The position numbers and the translations under genes are program-made. DNA of 38,399 bases from a virus (Duplodnaviria > Caudoviricetes): positions 1 to 38,399 of IMG/VR virus record IMGVR_UViG_3300017540_000011; one strand, 5' to 3'. How positions within the stretch are numbered: position 1 is the first letter of the stretch; every line of letters starts with the position of its first letter. This document shows, in pieces, positions 25,176 through 34,982 of the stretch. The notes under the pieces were generated by a model that saw only the letters and a program-made list of their open reading frames with translations, made no database searches and was not told the DNA's origin.

Positions 25176-25783
25176 ACCGGGCCGCTAGGCGGGCCTTCGC
25201 CAAGAACATCGCCAAGGCGATGGGGCGGGCGAAGGCCCACCGGCCACCGGAGGAGAGCCCTACCGCCGAGGAGCGGTTGGCGCAGCTCGAGGCCAGGAAC
25301 GCCGAACTCGAACGCCGCCTCGCCGGCCTCGAGGAACGCCACGACCAGGTCCCGGGCGTCGTCCCCGGCCGGCGCGACTGGAGCGTCGTCGTCGGCGGCG
25401 AGGTCGTGCCCATCCGCGCCCTGCCACCCCAGGAGTGGCTGGCCACGACCGGAGAACTGCCCGAGTTCCTCTTCAGCCTCGCCGTCGGCAGGGACCGCCC
25501 CGAGTCGCAGCCGCTCACGGCCGAGGAGCGCGCTCAGAAGATCCACGACGTCGCCCGGCGCTGGATCGCCGCCTGCGCCGTCGACCCCGAAGCCGTGGAC
25601 CTAGACCACCTCACCGTCCTCGAGGCGGAACACGCGGTGGCGCACATCGCCGAGCTGAACGGGGTGACGGCCTACCTGGCCAAGTGGTTTCGAAGCCGAC
25701 TCCAGGGAGTGGCTGCTCCTGCACCAGACCGCGAGAACGTACGGGCAGCGCCCCAGCGCCCTGCTGGGAGTCAGCCCAACTGA
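25172..25783 (+). CDS. Tail assembly chaperone (gpG-like)
   Basis: Between tube and tape measure genes; contains the TTT-CGA shift site. Confidence 0.75.
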   Translation: MNRAARRAFAKNIAKAMGRAKAHRPPEESPTAEERLAQLEARNAELERRLAGLEERHDQVPGVVPGRRDWSVVVGGEVVPIRALPPQEWLATTGELPEFLFSLAVGRDRPESQPLTAEERAQKIHDVARRWIAACAVDPEAVDLDHLTVLEAEHAVAHIAELNGVTAYLAKWFRSRLQGVAAPAPDRENVRAAPQRPAGSQPN

Positions 25784-25955
25784 CCCGGCGGCGCTGCTGA
25801 TCGACGTCACGGTCAGCCACAAGGCGCAGTTGTGGGAGCAGGAGCACGGCCTCGGCGAGTACTGGTGGCTCTCCATCCTCAAGGCCCTCACGGGCGGGGG
25901 AGACGAGGGGAAGAACGTTGAGCGCGTCGACATGTCCAACGTGCGCTGGCTCTAA
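25689..25955 (+). CDS. Frameshift extension of the tail chaperone (gpT-like, +1 frame)
   Basis: Frame open 25668..25955 with no early canonical start; YGQRPSALLG; ends 14 nt before the tape measure start. Confidence 0.7.
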   Translation, partial: FEADSREWLLLHQTARTYGQRPSALLGVSPTDPAALLIDVTVSHKAQLWEQEHGLGEYWWLSILKALTGGGDEGKNVERVDMSNVRWL

Positions 25956-25969
25956 GCCGGGGGTGAGTC

Positions 25970-28900
25970 GTGGCCGGTAGGCAACTCACCCTCGGCGACC
26001 TCGTCTACCGCCTCGGGTTCGAGAACGAGGAGCAGTTCCTCCGCGAGCTCGACCGGCTGTTCCAGCGCGGCGAGGACGAGGCGGGGAAGGGCGGCCGTGA
26101 AGCCGGCCGGTCCTGGGGTGAGCAGTTCCGCGCCACCCTCACCGGGTCGGCGATCGGGTCCTTCATCGGCGGGTTCATGTCGCAGGCGTTCGCCAGGGCC
26201 GTGGACGCCGCCAGGGACTTCGCGGTCGCTAGCGTTCGCGAGTTCGCGGTCTACGAGCAGGGCCTGCTGCAGTTGAAGCTCGCCGGCGAGCAGAACCTGG
26301 GCGCGGTCGAGGCCCGCATCGACGGCCTCGCCAGGGCCTCGCGGGTGTTCAGCCGCACCGACATCAGTGTCGCCATCGGCGGCCTGGTGAAGGCCGGGTA
26401 CGACGTCGAGACCGCCTTCGCCCTGGCGGAGGCGGCGGTGCTGGGCGCCGCGTCCGAAGTCGACCCGGCGACGCTGAAGTTCGGGGACCTCGGCGACACC
26501 GCGGTGCAGCTCGGCAACATCCTGCGCGCCCTGAACTACGACACCAGCCAGACGGGCCGGGTCATGGACGTCATGGCCAAGGCCGCGCAGGACTCGAACC
26601 TCGATGTCAGCGACCTCGTCGATATCCTGGCCAGGGTCGGGCCGACCGCGCGCCTCGCGGGCCTGGAGATCGAGGACGTCGCCGCCATGGCCGCTGTCCT
26701 GTCCAACAACGGCATGGACGCGAGCCTCATCTCCACCGGCCTCCGGAGCGTGCTGCAGTCCCTCATCAACCCCACGGGTGACGTCAAGGACGTCCTCGAC
26801 AGGCTCGGCGTGAGCATCGTCGACAAGAACGGGAAGATCAGGGACTTCAACGACGTCCTCGACGGCCTGAACCGGCTCACGAGCGCCGGCGGCCGCGGCC
26901 TGCAGGTCCTCACCGAAGCCGTAGGCAGCTACGGCAGCACGGCCGCGTCGAGCCTGGGCCAGTCCAGCGAGGCCGTGAAGGAGTTCCGCACCGAGCTCGA
27001 GAACGCCGAGGGCAGCGCCAAGCTGCTCGCGGACACCATGCGCGACTCGGGCGCCGGCGCAGCCGCCGAGCTCCAGGCCCGCCTCGCCGACGCCAGGGTC
27101 GAGCTCGGCACGCAGCTCACGCCCGTTCTCGTCGACCTCTACGAGACGGTCTTCCCGGCGCTCGTATCCGGCTTGGCCGAGGTCATCGCGCTCTGGCAAG
27201 ACTGGTACTTCCTCATCAACGGCACGACACCGGCATTGGAGAGGGCGCAGGAGCAGTTCGAGTCCCAGTTCACTCCAGAGCAGCTGGCCACGCTCGACGT
27301 GATCAAGCTCATGCGCGAACGCCGCAGTGGCCTCGTGGCGGAGAGGGATCGGCTCGTCGCCGCCGGCGCCAGCCCCGAAGAGCTCGCGGCCATCGACGCC
27401 GAGATCGCCAGGGTCGAGGCCGGCATCGAGCGCATGGAGGCCAAGTACAGAGAGCTACGCGGCGAGGCCGAGACCACCGGCCGGGCGGTCACCGGCGTCG
27501 CCACCGCCACCAACGACGTAGCCGACGCCAACTTCAACCTGAACACCGCCGTCAAGGAGCGGCCGAAGGACCCGCTCGTCGACGAGGCGGGCAGGGTCCA
27601 ACGCGACCTGCGCCGCCTCAAGCTCGCCTTCGAACAGGACCTCATCAGCCGCGAGTGGTACGAGGAGCAACTGAAGGCGCACCTCAGGCGTCTCGACGGC
27701 CTCCTCGACCGGGCTACCACCACCGAGCAGTCCGCGGCCATCCTCGGCGCCCGCTCCGCCCTCCTCAAGGACCTGGGCGCCGTCACGCCGACCGGCGGAC
27801 CCTCAGCCGCCGCCGGCATCAGGGAAGACCCGGCCATGGACATGGCCGCCAGGGCCAGGCAGAGCGACCTCCAGCAGATGCTCCGCGAAGCCGACGAGGC
27901 CCTGGCAGCGGCAGACGAGCAGAGGCGCGTGCACGAGGGCCTCGCACAGGCAGCGATCGAGTCCGCGGCGGCGTTCGACGACCAGCTCCGCGCCGAACGC
28001 GAAGCCGCCGACGCCCTGCAGCGCGACGCCGACGCCAGGCGCCTGGTCAGGGACCGGCAGGCGCAGGCCCTCTCAGCCACCCTGACCGAGGCCTTGTCCA
28101 GCGGGAACACCGCCCTGATGCGCGAGGCGCTCAAGGAGCTGGAGGCGTTCAGCGACAGGTTCGGCGAGGCCTGGGCGCAGAGACTGTTCGGCGACCAGAA
28201 GGCGCAGCTGGAGCGCGAGATCGCGGCGTTCGAAGCCACCATGGCCCGCGCCGGCGACCTCGACGACGCCATCAGGGCCGACGTCGAGGCGGCCAGGGCC
28301 CTGCAGGACGGCGCGAACGCCCAGCGCCTGGTGCGTGACCGGCAAGCCGGCACGCTCGCTCAGAGCATCGCCGCCGCCCTCGACAGCGGGAACACGGCGC
28401 TCATGCGCGAGGCGCTGGCGGACCTCGACGCGTTCGCGCAGCGGTTCGGGGAGGCGTGGGCGGAAGCGCTGTTCGGCGCCCAGCAGGCGGAGCTCGAGCG
28501 GCGAATCACGGCCTTCGAGGCGGCGATGGCGAGGGCGGCCGACCTCGACCAGCGCCTCGCCAGCGAGAGGGAAGAGACAGAGGCTCTGCAGGCCGCGGTG
28601 GACGCCGAGCGCCAGGTCCGCGAACGCCAGGCGGGCCGAGTCACTGGCCTAGTCGAGACCGCGCGCACCACGCAGACGGCGGAGGACATCCGCGAGGCGC
28701 TGGCCGCGATCGAGACGTTCCGCGACCGGTTCGGGGAAGCATGGGCCGAGGCGTTCGCGGCGCACGAGCGCTACCTCCAGAGACTCCTAGCCGCGACGGA
28801 GGCCGCCGCCGAGAGGTCCGACCGGATCAAGTTCAACGACTTCACCGTGAACGCGCCCGAGCGCGCGGCGGTGCTAGCCCAGCTCGCGAAGGACCTAGAG

Positions 28901-29632
28901 CAGGCGGGGGAGATGGCCGAGCTCATGGGTGACGAGCTCGGCGGCGCCGAGTCCAAGATCCGCCTGACCGAGGCCGCGATACAGACGCTGGTCGCGCTGG
29001 GCCTGAACCCGGCCAGCGCGACCATCCAGGCCCTCACCGCTGACATCCTCCAGTGGAAGGAGGCTATCGACGAGGCGAACGACAGCGCCAGGCGGGACCG
29101 CGAACTCAAGTCCCAGGCTGACCAGCTCGCTGACCGGGTCATCGGCATCGCCGAGGCGTTCCCGCGCGCCATCGCCGACGGTATCAGGGGAGGCGACATC
29201 GGCTCCGCCCTGCAGCAGGCCCTCGGCAGCGCGGCGGACTTCTTCCTCGAGCAGATGCTCGACGCCATCCTCGGACCGATCAAGCAGCAACTAGCGGCTA
29301 CGTTCGCGGAGTCGCTGGCGGCGAGCGGCGGCGGGGCAGGCGCTGGCCTGGGCGCGCTCGGCACCCCCGGCCTCGTGCTGGGTGGCGTCGCCCTGTTGGC
29401 CAGCCTCCTGATCGGCGCTGGGCAGGCGCGGGCGCGGCAGGCTGAGACGGCTAGGCGAGACGTGCAGAGGACGGTCTCCTCGGCGCCGAGCGTCACCTAC
29501 AACCTGTCCGCGACCGTGCAGTTGGCGCAGGCGCCGTCCTTCGGCGACCCCAGCTTCGAGGCCCGGTTGCGGGCGTTCGTCGAGCAAGTAGCTGTTGACC
29601 TCTTCCGCCGCGTGCAGAGGAGCTCGTCGTGA
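25970..29632 (+). CDS. Tape measure protein (TP901-like)
   Basis: 1220 aa Ala-rich helical protein; DVMAKAAQDSNLDVSDL; STGLRSVLQSLINP. Confidence 0.93.
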   Translation: MAGRQLTLGDLVYRLGFENEEQFLRELDRLFQRGEDEAGKGGREAGRSWGEQFRATLTGSAIGSFIGGFMSQAFARAVDAARDFAVASVREFAVYEQGLLQLKLAGEQNLGAVEARIDGLARASRVFSRTDISVAIGGLVKAGYDVETAFALAEAAVLGAASEVDPATLKFGDLGDTAVQLGNILRALNYDTSQTGRVMDVMAKAAQDSNLDVSDLVDILARVGPTARLAGLEIEDVAAMAAVLSNNGMDASLISTGLRSVLQSLINPTGDVKDVLDRLGVSIVDKNGKIRDFNDVLDGLNRLTSAGGRGLQVLTEAVGSYGSTAASSLGQSSEAVKEFRTELENAEGSAKLLADTMRDSGAGAAAELQARLADARVELGTQLTPVLVDLYETVFPALVSGLAEVIALWQDWYFLINGTTPALERAQEQFESQFTPEQLATLDVIKLMRERRSGLVAERDRLVAAGASPEELAAIDAEIARVEAGIERMEAKYRELRGEAETTGRAVTGVATATNDVADANFNLNTAVKERPKDPLVDEAGRVQRDLRRLKLAFEQDLISREWYEEQLKAHLRRLDGLLDRATTTEQSAAILGARSALLKDLGAVTPTGGPSAAAGIREDPAMDMAARARQSDLQQMLREADEALAAADEQRRVHEGLAQAAIESAAAFDDQLRAEREAADALQRDADARRLVRDRQAQALSATLTEALSSGNTALMREALKELEAFSDRFGEAWAQRLFGDQKAQLEREIAAFEATMARAGDLDDAIRADVEAARALQDGANAQRLVRDRQAGTLAQSIAAALDSGNTALMREALADLDAFAQRFGEAWAEALFGAQQAELERRITAFEAAMARAADLDQRLASEREETEALQAAVDAERQVRERQAGRVTGLVETARTTQTAEDIREALAAIETFRDRFGEAWAEAFAAHERYLQRLLAATEAAAERSDRIKFNDFTVNAPERAAVLAQLAKDLEQAGEMAELMGDELGGAESKIRLTEAAIQTLVALGLNPASATIQALTADILQWKEAIDEANDSARRDRELKSQADQLADRVIGIAEAFPRAIADGIRGGDIGSALQQALGSAADFFLEQMLDAILGPIKQQLAATFAESLAASGGGAGAGLGALGTPGLVLGGVALLASLLIGAGQARARQAETARRDVQRTVSSAPSVTYNLSATVQLAQAPSFGDPSFEARLRAFVEQVAVDLFRRVQRSSS
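27990..28780 (+). repeat. Three 285-bp (95-aa) repeats in the tape measure gene
   Basis: RFGEAW Phe codons at 28160, 28445 and 28730; boundaries approximate. Confidence 0.85.
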
Positions 29633-30066
29633 TCGACCCCTACGTCATCTTCGAACGCGTCAGCGACTCCGCCCAGCTCACGGTCACCGGCGACGCCGAG
29701 TTCACCAGGGACGCGACCGGGAACCTGACCATCACATGGTCCGACCCCTTGAAGGCATGGTCGCCGGCGTCCAGGCTCACGCGGGCCGACTTCGCCGGGT
29801 TCGTGAGCGAAGGCGTCGAGCAGCACCGGAACCGCGCCGGCACGTACCTGGCCATCACGGACGCGGGCGGTGCCCTGCTCAAGGTCACCTGGGCGGAGGT
29901 CGACCCCTGGGCCGGGGCGCTGGTCGAGGCTCAGGACCTGTACGGTGTCGCCGTCCTCGTCAACACGAGCGCGAGCCTGCAACGGGACGGGATCTCCGTG
30001 GTCGTCTACCGGGCCGACTACCGGTTCCAGCGAGGAAGCGGACTCCTCGAGCAGAGGCCGCTTTGA
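29629..30066 (+). CDS. Distal tail-like protein
   Basis: Directly after the tape measure gene; coupled. Confidence 0.65.
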   Translation: MIDPYVIFERVSDSAQLTVTGDAEFTRDATGNLTITWSDPLKAWSPASRLTRADFAGFVSEGVEQHRNRAGTYLAITDAGGALLKVTWAEVDPWAGALVEAQDLYGVAVLVNTSASLQRDGISVVVYRADYRFQRGSGLLEQRPL

Positions 30067-32804
30067 TGCCACGGCTGACCGACGACTTCAGCCTCGAGTG
30101 GGCCAACTTCCGCCAGAGCACCGTCTTAGGCTCTTGGACCACCGAGCTCACCCAGGGCGCCGTCACCGTCCGTGCCTCGCAGTCTCCATCGGGGGAGGAG
30201 CCGAACGGTCCTGAGATGGCCTCCTGGGAGGCGCTGCGACCGGCCTTGGACGGGCGGGCCGAGGTCGACGCTCTAGTGCGTGTTAGGTGCACTTCCTTCC
30301 CCTTGGGAGCAACCATCCTCGACCCCGGGGTCGCGCTCTTCGCCAGGCTTCCAACGGGTTCGTTCACGCCCAGCGTAGGCCTCGCGCACATGCTCAGAAG
30401 GCACGGCACACAGCTCCGCCTCTTCTACGGCGCCTTCGACCCGCTCAACTCCCCGCCCGCGGGCAGCACGCACAACTTCGCCAGCGGCATGGTCGTCGGT
30501 GCCTGGTACTGGATGCGCCTCCAGGTCACGCGAGACTCGACGACCGAATACGTCAAGGGCAAGATGTGGGCCGACGGCGACCCCGAACCCGACTGGCAGG
30601 TGCAGCGCTCGGAGGCGATCTCGTCACAGCACACCCCAGCCCTGGGCGGCACCATCGGCGTCGCCAACTCCGGAGGCGGCGGCACCTCCCTCAGCCCCCC
30701 GCCCGGGTACACGTGGAACTACGCCGCCGAACTGTTCAGCGACTCCCCGCCAGAGCGGCCGCCCCTCGACGCCCCGGTCACCGTCCACCTTGGCGAGACA
30801 TTGAACGGCGTCTTCGCCGACCCTAGCGTCGACGTCACCTTCTTTCAGAACGTCGACCTCGAGGTCGGTAGCGTCAACACCATCGGCGACCAGCTCTCCA
30901 GCGAGGCCTGGTACAGGTTCGCTATCAGGGACCGCAGTAAGAGCAGGGGACTGGTCGCCTACACGGGCGAGACCCTCCTGACCAGGCTCTCGCGCATGCG
31001 GCCAAGGGAGAGCCTCATCCTCGTCGCCGGCGATGGCGGCGTCCCGAACCCGCTCACCCTACAGGAGTGCCTGCGCAGGTTCTTAACGTTCTACGGCGTC
31101 CCGTTCAAGGAGCCGCTACCGCCGTTCTTCCTCCGCACTAGCACGGGCATCGTCACGCCCACCGCCCAGGCGTTCGTCATCCAACCCGACCAGGAGAACC
31201 CGGAATCGGTCTTCGACTGGCTCGAACTCTTCTTCGGCCCGTTCCGCGGCTACACCTGGCGCGCCGACGCCGACGACGAGCTCGTGATCAAGCCGCCAGC
31301 GTGGGCGGAGGCGACCGGCCTCCGGTTCCACCTCTACCGGAGCTCCCCCGTACAGCAGCGGACGGACCTCACCTACCCCTGGCCCTGGCCAGGCCGGGCG
31401 CCGACCGTCGAGTACCGGCTCACGGTCGAAGGCGAGACCGTCACCGGCACCATCGGCCCCCTAGAGGCCGGCGTCGCCGAGGAGCTGATCGAGGGCGTGC
31501 TCGAGTTCGAGCTCACGTGGGCGGGTGGCGGCACGACGCTTCAGGTCGAGCGCACGGCGCCGTTCGGATTCGCGCCGGTGTTCGACGCCGTCTTCATCGC
31601 CAAGCCAGCCGCGGACGACGTCGAGGGAGAGCTCGAGCTCACCGTCGATGACCTCACGCCCGACGAGACTGAGACCAGCACCGCCGACAGCGTGTACACG
31701 CAGGCGATCATCCCCGTCAGGGAGCGGACGTTCCAGGCCGACCAGCCCCTCATGCAGCCGGCGGCGATCGTGCTCAAGAGCCCGGAGCAGCTGGCGGCGG
31801 GCGCGTTCGGCGCCAACGTTCCCTTCGGCCCCATGGAGTGGGCCCCCGAGTCGCCCGAGGGCTTCCTCGAGCTCGTCAACGACGACGCCCAGGCCGGGAC
31901 GTGGTTCTGGCCCGTCGACCCTGAGGCCGTGCCACAACCCGGCGGGGCGGTCACGGTCGAGTACGAGGTCGAGGAGTGGGCAGAGCAGTGGCGTGGGAAC
32001 CTCGCGTCCGCGCATGAGGCCGCGTACCAGGCCAACACGTACTCGGACTCGGTGACGGTCGATACCAACGGCGTCGAGGTCAAGGTGCTGGACTTCGAGT
32101 TCCCGGCGCAGACCAGCGGCTTCCCCGGCAGCTTCACCGCCAGGGGCAGCCTGTACGCGCGTTGGCGCAGCGGCGACGAACCCGGGATAGAGCTCACGGT
32201 CAGGAACGGGCGGTTCGTCGAGTGGGGCTTCCTCTGGGAGGGCATCGGCGGCCAGACCGTCTACTTCCTCTGGGGCGTAATGGTGAAGCTCAACGGGACC
32301 GGTGTCGTGTGGACGGTCGGCGACCTGCAGGTCGCCAGGTTCGGGTTCTCAAGGAACGCTGACGGCACGTGGGAGGAAGGCGCCAACGTGCCCGGCCTCG
32401 CCGAGGCGCAGCGACTCTTCCCGAACCGGGTCTTCCACTCGCCAGAGCTCCCGTACCAGGTCGACCCGGCCACCGCGTTGTCTATCGCGAGGGCGGTGGT
32501 CGAGGAGAACCACGTTCCTAAGGTCGTCTACCAGTTGCCTCTAGCGCCGGCGCGCGAGCAGGGTTGGGCGTACCACCCGCGACACCTCGGAGGCGCCGTG
32601 GACGTCCCGGCCCTGGGTGTGAAGGGTCGCGTCACAGCCCACGACTACACCGAGAGCCACAGCCCGGGCGGCAGCTCGAGCGCGCTTGTCGTCGATGTCG
32701 AGGTCGCCCAGGCGATGCCGAACACGCCTGCAGCCCCGACCGGGCGGAAGTTCGGCCGCGCCGTGTACGGCGTCACCACCTACCAGCCCACCGAGGAGGA
32801 GTAG
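30066..32804 (+). CDS. Large tail tip / minor tail protein
   Basis: 912 aa, acidic and beta-rich; N-terminal lectin-like segment (WYWMRLQV...KGKMWADGDPEPDW). Confidence 0.8.
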   Translation: MPRLTDDFSLEWANFRQSTVLGSWTTELTQGAVTVRASQSPSGEEPNGPEMASWEALRPALDGRAEVDALVRVRCTSFPLGATILDPGVALFARLPTGSFTPSVGLAHMLRRHGTQLRLFYGAFDPLNSPPAGSTHNFASGMVVGAWYWMRLQVTRDSTTEYVKGKMWADGDPEPDWQVQRSEAISSQHTPALGGTIGVANSGGGGTSLSPPPGYTWNYAAELFSDSPPERPPLDAPVTVHLGETLNGVFADPSVDVTFFQNVDLEVGSVNTIGDQLSSEAWYRFAIRDRSKSRGLVAYTGETLLTRLSRMRPRESLILVAGDGGVPNPLTLQECLRRFLTFYGVPFKEPLPPFFLRTSTGIVTPTAQAFVIQPDQENPESVFDWLELFFGPFRGYTWRADADDELVIKPPAWAEATGLRFHLYRSSPVQQRTDLTYPWPWPGRAPTVEYRLTVEGETVTGTIGPLEAGVAEELIEGVLEFELTWAGGGTTLQVERTAPFGFAPVFDAVFIAKPAADDVEGELELTVDDLTPDETETSTADSVYTQAIIPVRERTFQADQPLMQPAAIVLKSPEQLAAGAFGANVPFGPMEWAPESPEGFLELVNDDAQAGTWFWPVDPEAVPQPGGAVTVEYEVEEWAEQWRGNLASAHEAAYQANTYSDSVTVDTNGVEVKVLDFEFPAQTSGFPGSFTARGSLYARWRSGDEPGIELTVRNGRFVEWGFLWEGIGGQTVYFLWGVMVKLNGTGVVWTVGDLQVARFGFSRNADGTWEEGANVPGLAEAQRLFPNRVFHSPELPYQVDPATALSIARAVVEENHVPKVVYQLPLAPAREQGWAYHPRHLGGAVDVPALGVKGRVTAHDYTESHSPGGSSSALVVDVEVAQAMPNTPAAPTGRKFGRAVYGVTTYQPTEEE

Positions 32805-33683
32805 ATGCCCACGTACAAGCCCTATACGGAGGTGGCGACGCTCGAGGCGAACAGCCAGGGCGACCGCACCATCCTCGAAGCGCACCTTGACCAGAACCAC
32901 GCCGTCATCGTCGACGTCCTCGAGCGCCTGGCCATGGCCGTGTTCGAGGAAGGCGGCGTCGTCGTGCCCGGCACGGTCACCAACCCCAGCGGCGCCCTGG
33001 TCCGGGTGCAGGGCCGCATGGGCGTGTCGAAGGATGGGAAGACCCTTCTCGCGGTCGGCGACGCCACGGTCGACTTGGCTTCAGTGCCTATTGGGACCAA
33101 GTGCTTGGTCGTGATCAGGGCTCTGCCGGGCGCCACGGTCAACCACAACTTCACCGACGCCACCACCGGCGAGTCGCTCACGCACACGCTGATGAGTGCC
33201 TGGGGCAGCCTCGCCGTCCTCGAGGGCGACACTAGCGACTACCCCGAGCTCCCCGACGACTGCGTGCCCGTCGCGCAGGTGACGAAGACCGGCGCGGCCA
33301 CGTTGACGTTGGACAGCGTCATCACTACTGAGCCGACGCCCAGATACGCCGGCGGCGGGGGAGACACGAGTGGCCTCCTCCCGAAGCTCGCGTCCGTCCG
33401 GGGCTACGCCGCCAACGCCTCCCTCGACGAGGAAGACGACCTCGGCGCGTACGTGCGCGTGACGGGAGCGGCGACCATCACGCTGCCCGATGGCTTCCCG
33501 GCGGGTTGGCAGTGCGTGATCGTGAACGCCACCGATGCGGCCGAAGTGGCCCTGTCCGCCGCTACGACCCTGACCCTGCCCAGCGGCTTCGACCCGACCA
33601 TCCAGAACCGGCGCGCCGTCACCGTCATCCACGTCGGCTCGAACGTCTGGGAGGCGCACGGCGCGCTCGTGGAGAGCAGCTAG
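32805..33683 (+). CDS. Tail fibre / baseplate-associated protein
   Basis: GAGGAG SD; C-terminal ITLPDG...GW...NVW..HGAL fibre-type module. Confidence 0.7.
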   Translation: MPTYKPYTEVATLEANSQGDRTILEAHLDQNHAVIVDVLERLAMAVFEEGGVVVPGTVTNPSGALVRVQGRMGVSKDGKTLLAVGDATVDLASVPIGTKCLVVIRALPGATVNHNFTDATTGESLTHTLMSAWGSLAVLEGDTSDYPELPDDCVPVAQVTKTGAATLTLDSVITTEPTPRYAGGGGDTSGLLPKLASVRGYAANASLDEEDDLGAYVRVTGAATITLPDGFPAGWQCVIVNATDAAEVALSAATTLTLPSGFDPTIQNRRAVTVIHVGSNVWEAHGALVESS

Positions 33684-34366
33684 TGTTCCCCTCTGTACAC
33701 GGCATCGTTAGCCAAGGCGGAGCCGGAGCGGTCCCGCCCGTCACCGCCTACAGCGTGCACTTCAACGGCAGCACCCAATACGGCACCCTGGCTGACAAGC
33801 CGCTGTTCGACGCAACCGAGTTCACTCTTGAGGCTTGGATCAAGCCTGACACGGCGCCCGCCAGTCACTTCATCCTTGACCGTAACGCCGCCAGCGACTT
33901 TGGCCTGCGGTGGCTACGATTGAACACCGGCAAGCTCAGCATGGCGTTCTACATCGGCGACTCCCTGTACGAGGCTGTCGGCACCACGACCATCAGCACC
34001 GGCGTATGGACGCACGTCGCTGGAGTGTTCAACGGCACCACGGCGAAGCTGTACGTCAATGGCGTCGAGGACGGCAGCCTAGCCGCCGTCGGTTCGGCGA
34101 ACTCAGGCGCCGCTCCGTTCACCATCGGGAGGTCAAACAGGTTCGGGCATTACTTCGATGGGAAGATCGTCGACGCTCGGTACTGGTCGAGTGACCGCAG
34201 TGCATCCGTCGGCGCGGCAATAACCGGCGCGGAAGCCGACCTGGTGTTCGCGATGGACCGCGACGGGCAAACCGGTTCCGGCGTGGTCTGGAAGGACGCC
34301 GGACCGAACGGGTACGACTTCACGCTCGTGAACGCGCCTACGTGGTCGACGGACGTGCCCACCTGA
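33683..34366 (+). CDS. LamG/ConA-like lectin domain protein (putative receptor-binding)
   Basis: FTLEAWIKP, WTHVAGVFNG, LYVNG, FDGKIVDARYW. Confidence 0.85.
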   Translation: MFPSVHGIVSQGGAGAVPPVTAYSVHFNGSTQYGTLADKPLFDATEFTLEAWIKPDTAPASHFILDRNAASDFGLRWLRLNTGKLSMAFYIGDSLYEAVGTTTISTGVWTHVAGVFNGTTAKLYVNGVEDGSLAAVGSANSGAAPFTIGRSNRFGHYFDGKIVDARYWSSDRSASVGAAITGAEADLVFAMDRDGQTGSGVVWKDAGPNGYDFTLVNAPTWSTDVPT

Positions 34367-34982
34367 CCGGCCGGCCCGGCACCTGGACAGCCACACCGGC
34401 AGCCTCGAGCGCCTTCATGGCGTGGTGCACCTGCGTGCGGTCCACGCCGAGCGCCTGGGCCAGCTCGACAGCTGTGCGCGGCGTGCCGTCGAGGGCAGCG
34501 GCTAGGCGGTCCCTGAACGGCCTGGGACTGTCAGCGCGGGCCGCCACCAGCGCTGGCGTGGGCGCGGTGCGCGGCTCGGCGACGAGCCACCGCTCGGCGC
34601 CCGGAGCGAGCTGCCACCGGTCGCCCGCGCGGATGGTGAGGCCGACGCGGCCGAGGAGCGACAGGGCGGCAGAGACACTCGGCCTTTCGAAGCCGGTCTG
34701 GGCCGCGACCTCGACGGCGCGGAGGGGCCCGTGGTCCCTCAACGCGACCAACATCATTCGGTAGGAGGGCGTGACTGCCTCCTTCGGCGGCACCTCTCCA
34801 GGCGCATCGACACCAGCCGCCCTGACCACCAGGGCGCCGTCGCGGAGCTCCAGTGTCACCCGGGGGTCTTCCCGGTTGATGCCGAGGGCGACGACCAGCT
34901 CTCGGGGCACTCGGAGGCTCAAGCTGTTACCATCGCGTTGCAGACGGGCTTCTCGACGGGCCACCGGCCTAGCATCCCCCAC
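34338..34982 (-). CDS. AbrB/MazE-type regulator fused to two winged-HTH domains (alternative start GTG 34964)
   Basis: LQRDGNSLSLRVPRELVVALGI...LVVR; GPLRAVEVAAQTGFERPSVSAALSLL; TAVELAQALGVDRTQVHHAMKALEAAG. Confidence 0.8.
   Translation of the reverse strand: MGDARPVARREARLQRDGNSLSLRVPRELVVALGINREDPRVTLELRDGALVVRAAGVDAPGEVPPKEAVTPSYRMMLVALRDHGPLRAVEVAAQTGFERPSVSAALSLLGRVGLTIRAGDRWQLAPGAERWLVAEPRTAPTPALVAARADSPRPFRDRLAAALDGTPRTAVELAQALGVDRTQVHHAMKALEAAGVAVQVPGRPVRWARPSTT

Noticed and set aside
503-29587. Many long antisense or alternate-frame ORFs (e.g. 5344..7080, 19628..21427, 25952..27199, 27139..28353)
   Set aside because: Shadow ORFs expected at very high GC; they overlap well-supported genes and give R/S/A/P-rich or mirror-codon products.
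30066-34366. Diversity-generating retroelement or invertible tail-fibre cassette
   Set aside because: No reverse transcriptase or invertase, and no template/variable repeat pair seen by eye.
34338-34982. MazEF/VapBC toxin-antitoxin pair
   Set aside because: AbrB domain present but no neighbouring toxin ORF.
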